From Chromera velia (Eukaryota), in the NCBI GenBank assembly GCA_018398765.1, contig JAHBMJ010000006.1:1-60344 (forward strand): 60,344 nt of DNA. The letters are read 5' to 3'. Position numbers and translations under genes: made by a program. Each line of letters opens with the position of its first letter. Position 1 is the stretch's first letter. Shown here in pieces: positions 38,429 to 50,932 of the stretch. Under the pieces are notes generated by a model, which ran no database searches, was not told the origin of the DNA, and worked only from the letters and a program-made list of their open reading frames with translations.

Positions 38429-41400
38429 ATGGAGACGGTTGCTCAATTGAAGTGTTGCTTCGTGAAGAGTGGCAACGGAACTGGCGCTCCAGTCATCTCA
38501 GATTTTCAGGAGATAGAGGTGGACACACAGGAGAGCTTGTCTGTGTTATTCTCCCTACTTTGCTCCCTGGATTGTGATGACGATCTCCTCACAGCAACGG
38601 TGTGGAATCGAACGATCAACACATTCTTTTCCTTCTCATCTCCAGACGAACAACAGGCTCGAAGCCTGGCAGACCTGTGTTTCGGAGATGGGGATGAGTT
38701 GTTCATTCTCGCCACTCCCGACGTATTGTTCAAAGGGTTCGATACAGATGCAGAGTGCACACGTGTGTTGAATGACCGTCCCTTTCTGCAGAGGGCTCTC
38801 CGAATCAGAGACCCCTTTTCTGAACTCGAAAGTTCGATCAACCTGTGTGTTGCTTGCGGACAGACATGTGCTCAGTTGACAGGGGTGACGACTGAGGACG
38901 TCCTCCTCCCCCCCCCCTTTCGTTGTCAGTGTTCGGACTTTTCCTCTTCTATTTTGAGAAAGTTCAAAGACTTCTTATGCCAGGATATCCATTTGGTCGG
39001 CCCAGTAGGAGACGGCTCTCCTTCAACAAGCAACACCAAGGAGACGGTGGTGCATCTGAAGCCAGACCACCCAGACCTACCCGACACCGAAAAATTCAAA
39101 GTCGAAGTAGAGAAGCATGAGTCCCCCCATGGAGACTCCTTCACTTTTCAGACATGCCGTCTCTCTGCGCGTTCCTTTCGCATCGTCACCACTCGCACAG
39201 ACGTTCCCCACGGATGGGGACAGCAGCTCCACGTCCGATGGCGGGTCAGACGCCCCGAGGGAGAGTGTGTCTCAGAGGAACCCTCTCTCTCGGAGCATTG
39301 TTGTCTGTTCTCATCCCGGGTAGAGGGGTTGCGTGAACTCGAGAAGAAGAATTCTGTCTCCCCCCCCCCCCTCCTTTTGGACTCGTTCGAAGACACCCTC
39401 GCAGCCCGTCTTCCCCTCTCCTCGACAGCAGACAGAGCGGAGGCAGAGACGTGGTGGAAGAAAATTCAAGATCGAAGCAATCACGCCAAATGCTATCTCA
39501 GAGAGGACTTCCAGGCCCAAGCACGAGCAGTGATGCCCATGTCTGCCCTCAGCCAAACAGACGGATCGCCTCTTGAGAAAACAAAAGTCCTCTGTGAATG
39601 GTTCAAAAAAGATTTCTTTTCCTGGGTCAACACACTGCCATGTCAACTGTGTGGAGCCAAGCAGACAAAGAACATCGGCATTGTCGGGCCAATTACAGAG
39701 GAAGAAAGAGAGGGATGGGCATCCCGTGTAGAGCAACACAAGTGCACAAAGTGTGAGACTATCACCCGGTTTCCGCGATTTCAGAACCCTGCAACTCTTC
39801 TGCGGTCTCGGAGAGGACGTTGCGGTGCGTTGCTTTTTACTTTTTCCTTTGTGCTGCTTTTTCACTTTCTCAGCTTCTCGTCCTGTTTGTTGGTCTTCTA
39901 TGCCTCTGCCCCTCTTCTCCTGTTCTGGCGTCTTCTTTTCTCTTCTTTTTTGTCCCCGTGTGGCCTGTGTTCCTCACTTTCATCATTCTCTTCGCCAATT
40001 TGAGCGAATATGCTCCCTCTTGATCTAAAGCTCTAAGAAGGGAAGTCTCGCACTCCTTCGAGAGGGATCTTTTCCAAGTCACCCGGACCAGCAAGTCAAC
40101 AGACTTTTCCTTCATTCATTCATATTTGTCACCCGTCTCTTATTGGTCTGCCTTTGTTCCCTCCGTCTCCTCCCATCTGTATCTGCAGGTGAGTGGGCGA
40201 ACTGTTTCTGCCTCTGTCTGTCCGCTGCCGGCCTCCACGCCCGGCAGGTTCTCGACTGGACCGACCACGTGTGGACAGAGACCTTCTGCCCCTTTGGTCC
40301 CTCGGATTCGTCTGCGAGCTCTTCATCTGAGAGGACAGCTGGAAGGGGAAGGTCGGTGAGTCTGTCTGTCTGTCGATGTCTTTACCTGTCTGTCTTTCTG
40401 CCTGTCTTCTTGGCTGGTTCTTTTCCACGTTGTCTGCAGTCTGCAAAAAGAAAACAAACCAAACATACTCCAGCTGCTTGTGTGGCCCCAACTAGGGCCT
40501 CAACCATCCGTGGTGTCGATCAAGACGTTGCAACAGGCATGCAGACTTTCTATCCTCAGTTGAGGACAGTCTGAACGACGACGCATCATACCGACGTGCT
40601 GTCTGTGTCCCTCTCCCCCCTTCCCCTCTGCAGATGGGTCCACGCAGACTGCTGCGAGAACTCGGTGGACAACCCGATGATGTACGAGAAGGGGTGGGGG
40701 AAGAAGCTCTCCTACCTCGTGGCTTTCTGCCCTCGTGCAGGACCCACAGGTAGGACGGATTCTTCATATTCACAATTGACTTGCATTGACATGCATGGGG
40801 CCTTCCTTCGTCAATTTTTATCTCTCTGTCGATGGCTTCTTTTCTCTCTTTGCTTGCAGGCACTCCCCCCCTTCTATGCTTGATTGCCTGTCTGAAGCTT
40901 CTTTTCTCTGTTTGTGTTCAAGCAGTCTCTCGTTCCATGCTTGCTTGCCAAAAATGTGAGAGAAGATCTGTTCATTATGCTACTGCAGATGTGACGGCGC
41001 GGTACGTGCGGAACCGGTGGGGTGTCTTCTCTCGACGGACAGAGGTTGGAGAGAGAGAAATGAGGCAGAGGCTCAAGAAGGCGCGAGAGGGGGCGATAGG
41101 GTTGATGGGAGACACTTCTCAGAGGAGAGAGTGGCTGGCTCGCGCAGCAGGGGAAGCTGAAGAGCTTCTTTCCTTTTTTGCAGAGCAGAGGGAGGTTGCT
41201 GGAGGAGGGGGGGGGGGGGGGACTGCAGATGGGGAGGTGGGGGGGGGAGGGCGGAGCTCCGGGTCCTTTCAATGGCGTCTCTCTAGGGGTGAGTTGGGGG
41301 ATGTGGTGGAGATGTTCTGTCTCTGTGAGAGTGGGAAGGGGGCAGAGAAAGAGAAAGAGGAAGGACTTGTGTGGAGATCAGTCAGAGTCCGTGCGAGTGA

Positions 41401-42382
41401 CTCTGAACCTTCCGGTGTCGTTGGAGAGCTTGTAGAAGGGGGGGAGACGGTCATTGAGGGGTCTGTAGGTGAGTCAAATGAGAGGAAAATGAACGCAGCA
41501 CGACGGGCGCTGCCTCCTCAAGCTCTCGCATCGTTGAAGCCTTCAAGAGAGACGGATCCTGTAATGGGTGTGAGGAGGGAAGATCCGTCCTCGGGGTGTG
41601 GGGGTGTAGATGTGAATCTAGTTGAAAGGGAGGGTGGGTGGGGCGTGGGAGTTTGGAAGGGGAATGAGTGGTCTGAACTTCTCGGGGGCCAGGGCATGCC
41701 TCTGGGGATGTGCGTGTTCGGATCCGGAGAGGGGGAGGGGGTCCGCGTGACGGTTGTGTCTTGCTCAGAGGGGCAGATGCGGCTCTTTGTCGGTGCCACA
41801 CTTTCGCTTCCTGTGGTCGAGAGTGACTCGAAGGTCATTGCCTGTTCTCCTGGTGTCAGTGCAGAGAGGTTGGGTGTTGGTGGGCTCTTTGAAAAGGAAG
41901 GGACAAAGATGAATAGGGGGGTGTTGCTTCGAGATGATACGGCCGGAGGGACAGGAGAAGGGCAGTACTTGTTTCTTTTGCCCAGCACACAGAAGGTAGA
42001 GATGGGAAATGAAAATTGGAAGAGCTCTGTGCTTGTGTTTTCCTTTCTGGAGAACGATCCTGAGAGCACGGTCTCTCTCCGATCCCGTCTCAAACTTCCC
42101 GATCAAATAGAGCAGCTCTGTGCCCCCTGTCACCTGTTTCTCCATGTGAATGAGAGTCTGGGGCTCCTCTTTTGTTCGGCACGCGGGTGTGAAGGCGAGT
42201 CCATTGAGGGCTCCGACGATGGTGTGCTCTGTGGTTTTGAAACTTCTCCCCAAGAATTGTGTGCGAGTTTTGGCAGCACAAAGGAATTGAAAGAAGAAGC
42301 TGCACAGTCTTCAGAGACTTTCTTTAAGGATCGTCTCCTCTTTTCTCTTAAGATCAGGGGTCTTGTGCAGGGGGGGATCTAA
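38429..42382 (+). CDS. PNG1: Peptide:N-glycanase (exons 38429-39824, 40189-40351, 40634-40749, 40989-42382)
   Basis: [15 protein letters not shown] and CTKC zinc ligands, [56 protein letters not shown]. All three introns are GT-AG and phase-consistent, and the Cys-His-Asp triad is intact. Confidence 0.93.
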
Positions 42383-42657
42383 GAGCTGGCTGGATCAAAG
42401 CGCGACCTGTGAGCGACGGTGATACTGTTGCTGATCTAATTGCTGATAGGCTTGTTAATCGTCGTATAACTTGAAAAACGGGAGCTGAAGTTAGCTGAAG
42501 TAAATATTATAAAGTGCGCGCTAAACCACGTGCGAGTTTAAGTTAGTTTAAGTGATTTACCATGCAAATAGTTTTGATTTAAAAAAAAAAAAAAGTTTAA
42601 AAACTTAAAAATTCAAAAGTTCTTCAAAATAACTCAAAAACACATCAATTTAAAGGT

Positions 42658-42966
42658 CTATATTTTACTTTTTATTTTTTTATTTATTTTTTTGAAGGAT
42701 CGAGAGAATTCAAGTTTAAAGCTAGGGTTTAGGATTTTTAGGATTTAGGATTGATGTCCAGAGGATTAGCCTCCCGCCCCAATGCCGAATGCCCAATGTG
42801 CGGCTTCCAGAGAAAGCGCTGAAGTGCATCAAACCTCTCTGGCCGGCCCGCACAGGTCTGGCAAAGCCTTGCTGATGCACAAAAATAAAAAAATTAATAA
42901 ATTAATTCAGGCTTTGGCCCAACTTTATTTTTTTTTAAAAAAAATTATGGTGTATGGAGAGCCTAG
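42658..42966. mobile_element. Degenerate CTAG-terminated MITE, related to 53300..53519
   Basis: ttaaaggt|cta... and ...tgtatggagagcctag|tcaaaggt (1-mismatch 8-bp TSD). The internal tttactttttattttttt...gaag..ttcaagtt.aaagct is shared with 53350-53405. Confidence 0.5.
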
Positions 42967-43099
42967 TCAAAGGTTATGAAGAGAACAAATCACAATAAAT
43001 TCACTAGCAAAATGAAAAAAAAAATGTACATGACTACAGTATATTTAAATGTATATACGCCACGTAAAGCGAATTGTTGGTACGAATGAAGGTCACCCT

Positions 43100-43530
43100 G
43101 GTACTCAGACACTCACCCATACCGGCCCTGCGACTCTTGTGAAACATCTGTTTACGCCCTCCATCGTAAGGCCTGCAATTCGATGCATGTGATGGTTACT
43201 TACCCCTCTTCCTGTCTCACCTTTTGAATGTTCTTTTTTCCATCTCCCAAGTACATCTCCTGTCCCCCCTCTCTACTGGTCTTCCTGTCTGCCTCTACTG
43301 CCTGAGAGTCTCCATTGCAGTCGTCGCACTCCTCCCACAGAAGGGAAACGACATCAGCAATTGAGAAAGCATCTTCTAGATGCAGGGTGTTTAGAGTTGT
43401 GAGAATGAAGCCCCTTCCCGTTGTATGATACAGGTCTGGCAAAGGGGCAATAAAGCATTGTCCTAGACTCATGCATTGCATGATGGCCTATAGACCGATT
43501 AATAATAATAATGATGATGATGATGATAGT
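43100..43530 (+). mobile_element. Possible 3' remnant of another LINE (CCHC-like RPCDSCE...HVMVTYP, then (AAT)/(GAT)n tail)
   Basis: Hand translation from 43108 and trinucleotide tail at 43500-43530. Confidence 0.35.
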
Positions 43531-44213
43531 GATAGCAATTTAGCGGTGTATGCCCCGGGCTTGAGCACTGTCACCATTTCAGCAGAATAATTAAATATAA
43601 AATTTAACTTTAGAAATTGTTCGGAATTTGTTCTTAAAAGTATGTAATAAGTTGAAAACATATATAGTAAATCAGTATATAAATTAACTGTAACATATTT
43701 TTAGTATATTATTCTGTTTCTTACTGTATGTTTTAGTGTTTTAATTTTATAGTTCTAATTTTTAGAGTTGGTTTTAGAGAGAAAAGGAGGTAGGGGGGTT
43801 TGAGACATGAGAGACAAGTAAGGTAATACTTCTTACGTCTCTTGCAGGAGGACGCGCGCAAGCTGGTTCCCTCCTAGGTTCCTTCATAGCTGCTAGCATG
43901 GCTGTCTGCCTAGGTTTGAATTCATTGATACTTAGACAATTGCAAGCTAGCTTTTAGTAATCTTGGTGTAGCTAGGTAGCCTCACTGAGCGAGCTCTAAA
44001 TATATATAAGCTAGTATATAAGGCTAGCAATGCCTGTTACACTGGCCGGCATATTCTGACTGCCATTTGCCGTTAGTGGACAACACTGTAACAATAGCTG
44101 CCGGTAACTGGTTAAGTCGTATCATGAGATAAAAGTGATGAGTTTCATTCGGAGTTTTATTTATTAGGATAAAATATAGTAAGATAGGAGATTAGATAGG
44201 ATAGCAGCGAGCT

Positions 44214-45444
44214 CTAGGCGATGCACAGTGGTAAAAGAAAAAAAAAAAATCTGAAAACGTCTATTCTTTTTTTTTTTTTTTAATTTAAAATTTTATTGTA
44301 TATGTATAAAAAAATAAAGGTTAAATGACTAGCTTCAACTAGAGTTTGAGTCATATCTAGGATCCCAGTTTCACTTTTAGCTTGGTAGACGCTTAAAAGG
44401 ATTGACCAAAATTAGCTTCGACTAGAGCTTCGAAATGTATATCGTCCTAGATATCGTCAAAGAGCCAGTCAAAGAACTTCTCCTCTGTCTGCTCTTCTGT
44501 CTGCATCCATGCATCTATCTTTCTTGTCACTCTTTGCATAGAACAAAAGAGAGCCCCCTTTTCCCTTCGCCCGCCTGCTCGTCTTTGTCTCTGTAATCCT
44601 CTTTTGCGATGGTCGCTGCGTGCAGTGCCATACAAGCAGACTTCATTCATTTTTCAATTAGCATGAATGGTGAAACGACGGACCAGGTCGCTCCCTTTGT
44701 TTCCCTCGTCTCTCACACTCAGTTAGTCCATCACCTAGTCTATCACCCGGCATCCCTCAGAGGAGGGAAGCAAGATTCGCTGCAAGAAGGACGTCAGATG
44801 TGTCTGAGAGAACCACCACAGACGTATGTGTCACGAACGGTTAAAATTTCGTTTCTTGTGAACGCAGACTCAGTTGGTGAAGATGCTGAAGACGAGGGGG
44901 AGAAGGAGGATGAGCAAGGTAATGATGTAGATGCAGCGGCCAGCCGTGAAAATGTGTTCAACCAAGAGCACGAGTCGATACGGCATGGGGATGATACTGA
45001 AGTGGCTACAGAATTTACGAGAAAAAAAGGGTGAATGTAAGTCAATATGAATGGAAAACAAGAAGACATGGTTAGTTTTTTTAACAGATACAGCAAAGAG
45101 AAGAGAGAAAAGTCTGGTGACAGTGCAGTTGAACAAGGGAAAAAAGATCGGTTGGTCCGTGTTCAATAAAGTCGATGATGGAATGGTGAAGACACTAGTA
45201 GAGACACTAGTAGAAACAAACGTACAAGAACAACTAGAACTAGAACTAGGGTTGAAGGATGTTTAAAACTTTGAGTTGAGTAATAAGTTCGCGAGGAAGT
45301 TAGTTTAAAAGTACTTCTAAAAGGTGCTCCTCTAGGTGCTCCTAGAGGTGCTCTAGGAAATCCTTCGTAGAAAAAAAGAAAACAAAAAAAATCTGGAAAG
45401 GTCTATTTTTTTTTTTTTTTAACCATGCACTGTGCATCGCCTAG
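44214..45444. mobile_element. Non-autonomous DNA transposon, 17-bp TIR CTAGGCGATGCACAGTG, 8-bp TSD AGCGAGCT
   Basis: agcgagct|ctaggcgatgcacagtg at 44206-44230; cactgtgcatcgcctag|agcgagct at 45428-45452. Confidence 0.92.
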
Positions 45445-46863
45445 AGCGAGCTCTTTCATAAAAGGAGAGAAAGGTCTGAAAAGCTCAAGGTGGTAGTCCT
45501 TTTCTGAGCTGTGCTCCGCAGGGATCGCTCCTCCAAGCCTTTGTTGCGAAAAAACCATGCCTTTGGTTGGCCAGAGCCTAAGTGGTGGCTCCCCGGCTTT
45601 AACCACCCCAATTCATTCATTCATTCAATCAATCGAATGCTCTTTCTTAAACTTTTGCGTGAGTTCTTGTCATGTAGAACCAATCAGGGAAGAAAAGACA
45701 AAAGAATCATCAAGTTACACGGAGACATTCGGACGAGGACAGATGCATGAGAAAAAGGAGGCAAGACAAAATGAACTTGCTTGCAGCTAGTGTGGCTTGT
45801 GTATTTGCTGGCGTGCTTGACAGAGCCTGAAACAAATGAATGAATGTATGATTGAGCGACTGACTCAACGAACGGACGAACAAACGAACGAATAAATGAA
45901 CGAACGAGTGAGTGAAGAGCTAGAAAAGAGGTGTGGAACGACAGAAGGAATGCTTCGTTCTGTGTCTAACTTGCCAGCTAGCTTGCCAGCTTACTGCCTG
46001 CTGGCTAGCTGGATAGCTCTCTCACTCACTACCTGGCTGATTCCGGGCTGTCTTACGCCCTTCCACACTGGCTAGCTGGCTGTATGGATTGAACAAATGT
46101 GGAAAAGGAAGCAAGGGCGGAAGGAAAGAAACGAAATGAGAAAGAAGAGAAGAACAAAAGAAACAAAGCATCGAAATAGGATCGCGCTCCCCCCCTCTTT
46201 CTTGCATTTGCCCTCTGTGCACGCACCCTCTCTGTCACACAGACGAAAAAAAAAAAGAGAGAGAAATCACCCGCCGGATGAATGAATGGGTGCGTGAAAA
46301 GAACGAAAAGAGACGCCTTGCGGTCCCGGCCCTGTCTGACGGCGCCTCTGAAGCACCCCACTTGTACTCATTACTAATCGATTTATTACTCTAAAGCCGA
46401 GGAGACTCAGGAGAGAGAGGAACAACTTGCCACACAAGAGAGAATGAGAGCTTGAAGCGAGGTGCTGAGACCTCATGCTGACCCTTATCATGTCGTACCA
46501 GTGTTGCTAACATCAGAGAAATTAAATTATGCATGCAAGCACCTACTCACCCCTACCCGCCAAACTGAACGAGTACACCACCCTCCCATCTGACAATCAA
46601 GACAGCATGGCAAGCTTGCATGCAATCCCTCACGCAGAATGGAAAAGGGAGAAAAAAAGATTTCAATTATCATGTGAAGAGGCGCGACATCCGTCGCTTC
46701 TCTCCGAGATGGCTTCTTCTCCACTGTCCATTGCCCCACTTTCCATGACAGCCCCAGAGACCAATACTAACAGACCTAAATTAGCGGGAAAAACCAATCC
46801 TCGACATCCCACCCTCGAGTCAATCTTTCTTCATGATCGATTCTAGACTAAAACGCAGGCAAA

Positions 46864-48630
46864 CTAGATCCGCCGCAAAAGACCCGCCCGCAGACAAATG
46901 TAGCCGCCATGCCAAGCCAAGCAATGGATGCGGACACAACGTGCCACAACCGGATTGGTGAAGAGAATGGTCACCGGTGTATCGTTGTCGGAAGAGGCAG
47001 GAAAGTGGCAGCCGTTATCCACGGGCATCCACCCAAACTCTGCGTCCTCTGTGTTGACCGTGACTGTCAGTCGCGTCACCCAACTTTGAGCTGCTCCGTC
47101 ACCACGTCCCTGTACCACAATGCCCACAATCTTTGAGAGCGCTGGGCAGTTGATCTGAAGCCAGTCACCGTATTGGGAGTGTCCATTTCGTGGAACCCAC
47201 TCTCCTTTAGCATACAGCTTACTCTGGTTGTGCTGTTGTCCCACACGAGCAAATGCTGGGCGGTTCCTGTCATAAGGCTCGATTACTCTACGATGCACGT
47301 CGGTGTCGTCTGGGTTGTACAGTTCATCAGTGACTTGCAAGCGGAGGCCTGCGACGTTCGCGAGCCGCTGCACAACGTAAGTGGAGCGCGAACAGAGGAC
47401 GACGAGGAGGAAGGCACTCCGCGAGTTGGCTGGACGGACGTTGACCAAACGCAGAAACGCGAGAATGCGGTTGAAAGCCGCCTCCCGTGTCAAGCGGAAC
47501 CCTGTCGATGACGCACTATGAGCAGCGCTGCTTCCGTGCTGCATGTGCTCGTCGGCAATTACGCCTACCAGCTCATCCACATCGACCAGAGCCACGCATC
47601 TGCAGAAACAGGTGAGAGGGAAGAAGATTGGAATCTGAAACGCCTTTCTCCTGCAGAAATGACCGGTTTTCTTCGACTGACTCACCCGCCAGCGTTGGCA
47701 GCTGCCTTGCAGTCATCCACAAGGGGCACCGGAACATCTTCCCGGAGGAACTCCCGCCGCCGACTGTCGATGATCATCACGGTCTTCGCTTGAAACCGCT
47801 TCTGAAGAGCTGCTCCCAGACACATCATGAAATTGGCACTGCTGCGAACAGTGTCCAGCGAGACACGGTGACAGACATTCCCACTCCGCTCTTCAAGCCA
47901 GAGATCCAGATCTTGGCATAGTGCGCGACCACTGAGTCTTCTTCGGTCGGCGACTTCTTGTGGGAGTGCGGCGGGAAGAATGCGATCCACCTGCGAATCG
48001 ATTGCACCAATTTTGTGAGACTGCATGGTCAGATTGACTTTGGAGTACGGACTCATGTTTTTCCGTGCCACAGGTCTGAAAAGAGAATGAAAGGCAAGAG
48101 CAGAGCTGCAGATGAAGGTACAAGAGCAAATAGTTTAAGAGCAAATATGTTACGACTACAGCTATCAATGGCTTTCAAATTGTTCTCTTCTGACCGTTTC
48201 TGCGTCGACTGAGAAGGCATCGACGTCTCCTGCTGCCTGAAGGACGTCCGCGATCCCTGCAGCGATCCTGTCAATGGAAGCCTGACCATCAATCTCGCGA
48301 TCCAGTGGAACGTCGGCAGAACGTAAGGGCGGCCGATGTGTCTGTGCAGGACCACGTGGGTTCAAAAACCAACGGGCGAAACGGTCAGCGACTGCAACGA
48401 CCCGAAAACAGAAGAGTCACCGCACATCGTGTCTCATTGGGTGTGAGCATCTACTCATGGCTTCTGTAGTAGCTATCCATTTCTCCGACCATTCTCTTCT
48501 GAACAGTACGCCTGCTTGTTCCCAATTTTATTCCTTCCATCCGAAACCCTTCTGGCAATGCGTCGTTTTTCACACTTTCTGAATACTTTTTAGTGCACCT
48601 TTTTTTTTTTACCATTAGTCTCGCCCACAT

Positions 48631-48679
<49 letters not shown>

Positions 48680-50311
48680 CGCGTGTGTTGTGGTCTCTCT
48701 CTCTGTGCCTCTGTTATATCCTCTATGCCTGTCAGCTCATCCATCTCTCGGACTAGTAGTACGTGTACGCCAAGCACTGGTTCCCATGTACGTCCTGCTG
48801 TTGTCTTACGAAGTCCTGTTCGCTCACCTGAGCACCCGTGAAGTTGGCGAATAAGTTCATGAAGCGGTCCGCTTGAGCTGCAGAGAAGCATCCAACCATG
48901 AAAGAGATTTGTCGGGCTCCAAATCTCAAAATTCTATCATAATGATGATGAGCGAAACTGCAGACTGGGTCACCTCTGTGTGCGCTTGTTCATTCTCTGG
49001 CTGCAAAGTTTAACGCAGACACACTGAAAAGCGCTTTCCAGACAGCCAAAACGGACCGTTGTTGTAGCCCCTCCTCTGCAGAGCATTTGCAAAGGCCGTG
49101 AAACCGCGGTTCCTGAAGGCTTTTTCGAGAAGCTGCACCGCTTCCCGTGTCCCCAGACGCCCGCAGAATATCTGAGCCTCGACTCGTCCAGGCCGAATGA
49201 AGGCTCTGTCAAGAGCATCGTGTCGGTTCGTCGTACAGACAAGCAGCACGTTGGATACTTTGTCGATCTCAGTGAAAAGGTGAGAAAGCCATTTGGAGTG
49301 GTGAGCATGCTGCCCACTTTGTCTCTCCTCGGCAAGAGAGTCGATTTCCTCGATGCAGCCGATGAAGGGAATGTCCTTACGATGCAGGGCGGGCTTAAAG
49401 AGATCGGATATCTCCCTTTCGGTGTTACCAATCCATGGGTTGGCGAAGGATGCGGCAGATCTCATCGGAAAAAGCTCAACAAAGCCGGTCCCAGAGCCCA
49501 ACGCACGGGCTACTGTGGTCTTGCCCGTCCCAGGCGGGCCGTAGAGGACAACGCCTTTGACGAGACGGCGACCCTCATGATCTTCCGAGAGTGAGAAGGG
49601 ACCCATCACGGATTCAATCAATTCTTCCTTCACGTTGGGGTTGATCAGCTCAATACCGTCGGCATCATGCAGCGCATCGACCAACGGCACCACCGCGTTC
49701 ATCTGAATGAGTGGCAGTCTCTCCAAATGACCGCCATCACGCCTCCCCAGCTCTTGGGTCCGAATCGCCCCATTCACGACCTCGAGCAAGAATCTGTAGA
49801 CGCAATGACTCAAAACCCCGTCACCAACCCCGACAACATTTCCACTGTTAAAGCGCAGCTCCACGTTGGTAAAACGATCGGCTAGGCGAGTGGGGTCCAG
49901 GAGAAGATTCGAGGTGGAGAAGAATTCTCTCGAGAGCGCAGGCGAAGCTCCTGGGCGTGCTGTGATTGTGAATGTCACCGGCTGTCCGTTCACACCTGCA
50001 CTTTTGGGGAAAGACAGTGTGACTGGATCCGCAGGGTCACCGTCCGACACATTGAATTCGCCCGTGCATTTTTTCGTGAACAACATTTCACTGTGCCACC
50101 AGACAGCAAACGATGTTGCCAGGTTCAGAGCGCGAGCTTGAGCAACATCTCCCAAACGAGACGAAAAGACACCACACACGACGGGGTCGTTGCACGTCAG
50201 GTCGCAAATTCCCTGCAAAGGGGCTGGCTGCTGAGCAGCAGGGTCTGCTTGGGCACCCACAGCATCATTTGCTTGAGGCGGCTGGTGGTTCATGGCTGCG
50301 TTGGCAGACAT
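46864..50311 (-). CDS. NSF/Cdc48-like AAA+ ATPase with degenerate second AAA module and C-terminal F5/8 type C (discoidin) domain (multi-exon)
   Basis: Exon 1: VKGVVLYGPPGTGKT, IEEIDSL, TTNRHDALDRAFIRPGR. Exon 48877-48828: AQADRFMNLFANFTGAQ (AAA lid). Later exons: GG|CVALVDVDEL (Walker B-like) and WLQINC..IVGIVVQGRGD..SWVT..F...SDNDTPVTILFTNPVVARCVRIHCLAWHG.ICLRAGL (F5/8C). The middle junctions near 48080-48400 are not fully resolved. Confidence 0.75.
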
Positions 50312-50530
50312 GCAAACCGGTTTCAAGCTTACTCGCGATACGGAACACGTCCGGTGCCTGACTGCCAGACTCTCGAGCTTATCCCTCGTGAACCAAAGCG
50401 TCTCGGCACAGGGAATATATATGCGATGAAGTGGCTGTATGCAGGGAAGCGTCTCTTGCTGGACTGGTAGATCGCCTCGTGTATATATACGCGTGTCTGA
50501 CTTTTTTGTTGCATCTTATGTATATAAGAC

Positions 50531-50800
50531 GTGCATGAATCATGCATGCTGCATCATTGCTTGCATGGGTTTATTGCAGTCTGGCCCTGCATGGCCATGC
50601 AATTTAACTTTACTCATGCATGCATGTTGCATGGCCGCGCGGTTTGCATGCATGCATGCACTAAAGAAGATGCATGCAGCAAGGAAAACCCATCCCGGAT
50701 GAACCCATGCATCATGTGCATGGGGTGTATGTGGGCCCGGGGTTTGCGAAAAAAGTGCGCGCATCATTGCATGCTGTTGCACTGTTGCAACGATGACCGC
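50531..50800. promoter_or_regulatory. Dense TGCA/TGCATGCA motif cluster in a bidirectional intergenic region
   Basis: About 20 TGCA tetramers, including at least five (partly overlapping) TGCATGCA octamers, in ~270 bp between divergent start codons. Confidence 0.5.
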
Positions 50801-50932
50801 AGATCTCGAGGATTCAAAGAAACATGCAGAATAACAAACACAGTCTCTGTCACTACACGCGGCTGCAAGTTTCGTGGAATCAAGCGTTTGTCTTCTCACT
50901 AGCTCGGTCCTCGAGACGCAACGGACAGAAAG

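Noticed and set aside
44609..45034. 141-aa ORF inside the 44214 element as a transposase
   Set aside because: Acidic low-complexity sequence without catalytic motifs.
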